Assembly (NCBI GenBank): GCA_052426225.1
Contig: JBNJNM010000014.1
Coordinates: 372,001-436,000 of the forward strand
DNA: 64,000 nt
Direction of reading: 5' to 3'
From: Zancudomyces culisetae HAW-14-8
Taxonomy: Eukaryota; Fungi; Kickxellomycota
Shown: piece after piece, positions 62,670-64,000 of the stretch
How the letters are laid out: each line of letters opens with the position of its first letter
Numbering within the stretch: the stretch's first letter is position 1
Made by a program: the position numbers and the translations under genes
Notes under the pieces: model-generated
Told to the model about the DNA's origin: nothing
Seen by the model: only the letters and a program-made list of their open reading frames with translations
The model's database searches: none

Positions 62670-64000
62670 TTTTTTCTCCTAACTTTTTTTTTTGTTTAAG
62701 GCAGAAAATAGTGCCAAACCTGGTAATAAACAGTAAGCTTTCCTTTGTGAAAAGTGTGAAATATTTAAACCACAGTGAAAGAAAAAAGAAGTTCAACTTT
62801 AAAGTCGTTGTATCTCTAAAACTGGACGCATTCGGATATATAAATTAGTTTAGAAACCCAGATGTTGGCCTTTCTCGAAATTTTCTTGAACTGTTCCTAT
62901 TATCTAAAAATACAACAAATCACTTTTTGCTATTCACGTATGCTTTGTATGTTCCTCTGATCCGGTATTTAACGAATAGATCCTCCTCCTCCTCCCCCCC
63001 CCCCACTCCACACATACAGACAGACAATCCTGTTAACTCTAAATACTCACAAATATTAATATCTTTTCTCCAGATTTGTGTATGCTATTGTTTTTTTTTT
63101 TTTGGTATTTACTTTATAAATCTCTGCCAGCATAAAATCTTAACCCCAAAAATATTTTTTCTTGCTACTTGATGGTTTATTTAACTTTTTGCACTGTGCT
63201 AACCATTGTGTCTAGTTTATGCTACAAAAAAAACGTATATGCCTAGTAATATTTTGATTATATGTCTCGATAGCATATAGCCAACAGGTTTAAAACAAAG
63301 GACTGGGTGACGTGAATTGTAAATCAGTTACTCGGTTCAAGTCTAGCAATTCTGAAGTACCTGCCCTTGGTCACTACACTCACCTTGTTTTCTGTATTAT
63401 TATGTCCGAATAATAGGCTAAGTCAGGTTTTTAGTTCAGATAGCATTTTCCCGTGTATATCTTTTTTTAAAAAAATGAATAAGGCAGGTGTTCTTGAAAA
63501 TAAAGTGCTATCTATTAGCATGTATCAACATATTCAACGCATCATTATTCGGGAATGTACATAAACAAATTCTAGAGTAAGGTATATGCCATTACCACTA
63601 TAATTAAATCGAGTCTTCCACATTCTTCCTTTTGCTCTTTCAATCTCGCTTTTTTTTTGTTGTCAACAAAAGTGCACATTTATTTTTGCAAATTTTTTTG
63701 CTGTTTAGAATAATACCTGATGATAGTGCATACTACCACGTTAATCATTATCTTCCTTCCTTCCCCATGGAAATTCTTTTCTAATGATGATGTTTATTTG
63801 ACTAAAAAATACTCCAAAATAGACAAACTCAAACATTAGTGTCAAAACACAAAAATTGAACCAAGCAGTCAAACTATAAAAAAAATGGGAGCCCATCCGT
63901 ATTTATCATATGATAATCCGACAAAGGATCCTTTCTGCTAAAATTATGAATATTTATAGGAAAATTCAAAGCATGTGAACCGAATGCATTGGTGGGGCCA

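Overview
This is AT-rich eukaryotic (fungal) nuclear DNA with short GT-AG introns and the standard genetic code. Gene content and style suggest an early-diverging fungus, possibly a Harpellales-type insect-gut fungus (inference, not verified). I can support about 24 protein-coding loci: an ankyrin-repeat pseudogene, seipin, PTRHD1, MMS22/Mus7-like, a Zn2Cys6-Rrn10-like protein, ELP4, RRP7, a fungal transcription factor, HPPD, chorismate mutase, a LYR protein, ArgRS, beta-tubulin, TMEM70-like, CLASP/Stu1-like, DAHP synthase, an S10 carboxypeptidase, RPC25, SYG1/XPR1, two paralogous secreted aromatic-repeat proteins, a 10-exon ELM1-like gene, TAF8 and septin Cdc12. There are also two copies of a tightly linked tRNA-Leu(AAG)/tRNA-Ala(AGC) pair. 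The most notable items are: (1) a pair of small secreted proteins sharing an ungapped 61-aa domain with a 10-residue F-R-x-x-W repeat, which flank (2) a hidden 10-exon ELM1 (plant/alphaproteobacterial mitochondrial-fission family) gene; (3) a spliced Zn2Cys6 + Rrn10-like fusion; (4) an ATG-less, presequence-like N-terminal extension on ArgRS suggesting non-AUG initiation; (5) DAHP synthase, chorismate mutase and HPPD co-oriented within about 19 kb; (6) duplicated tRNA dicistrons (4-nt spacer) bracketing a Pol III subunit gene; (7) beta-tubulin with Met at position 198. Exon models were derived by hand, and family calls rest on recalled motifs, not database searches.
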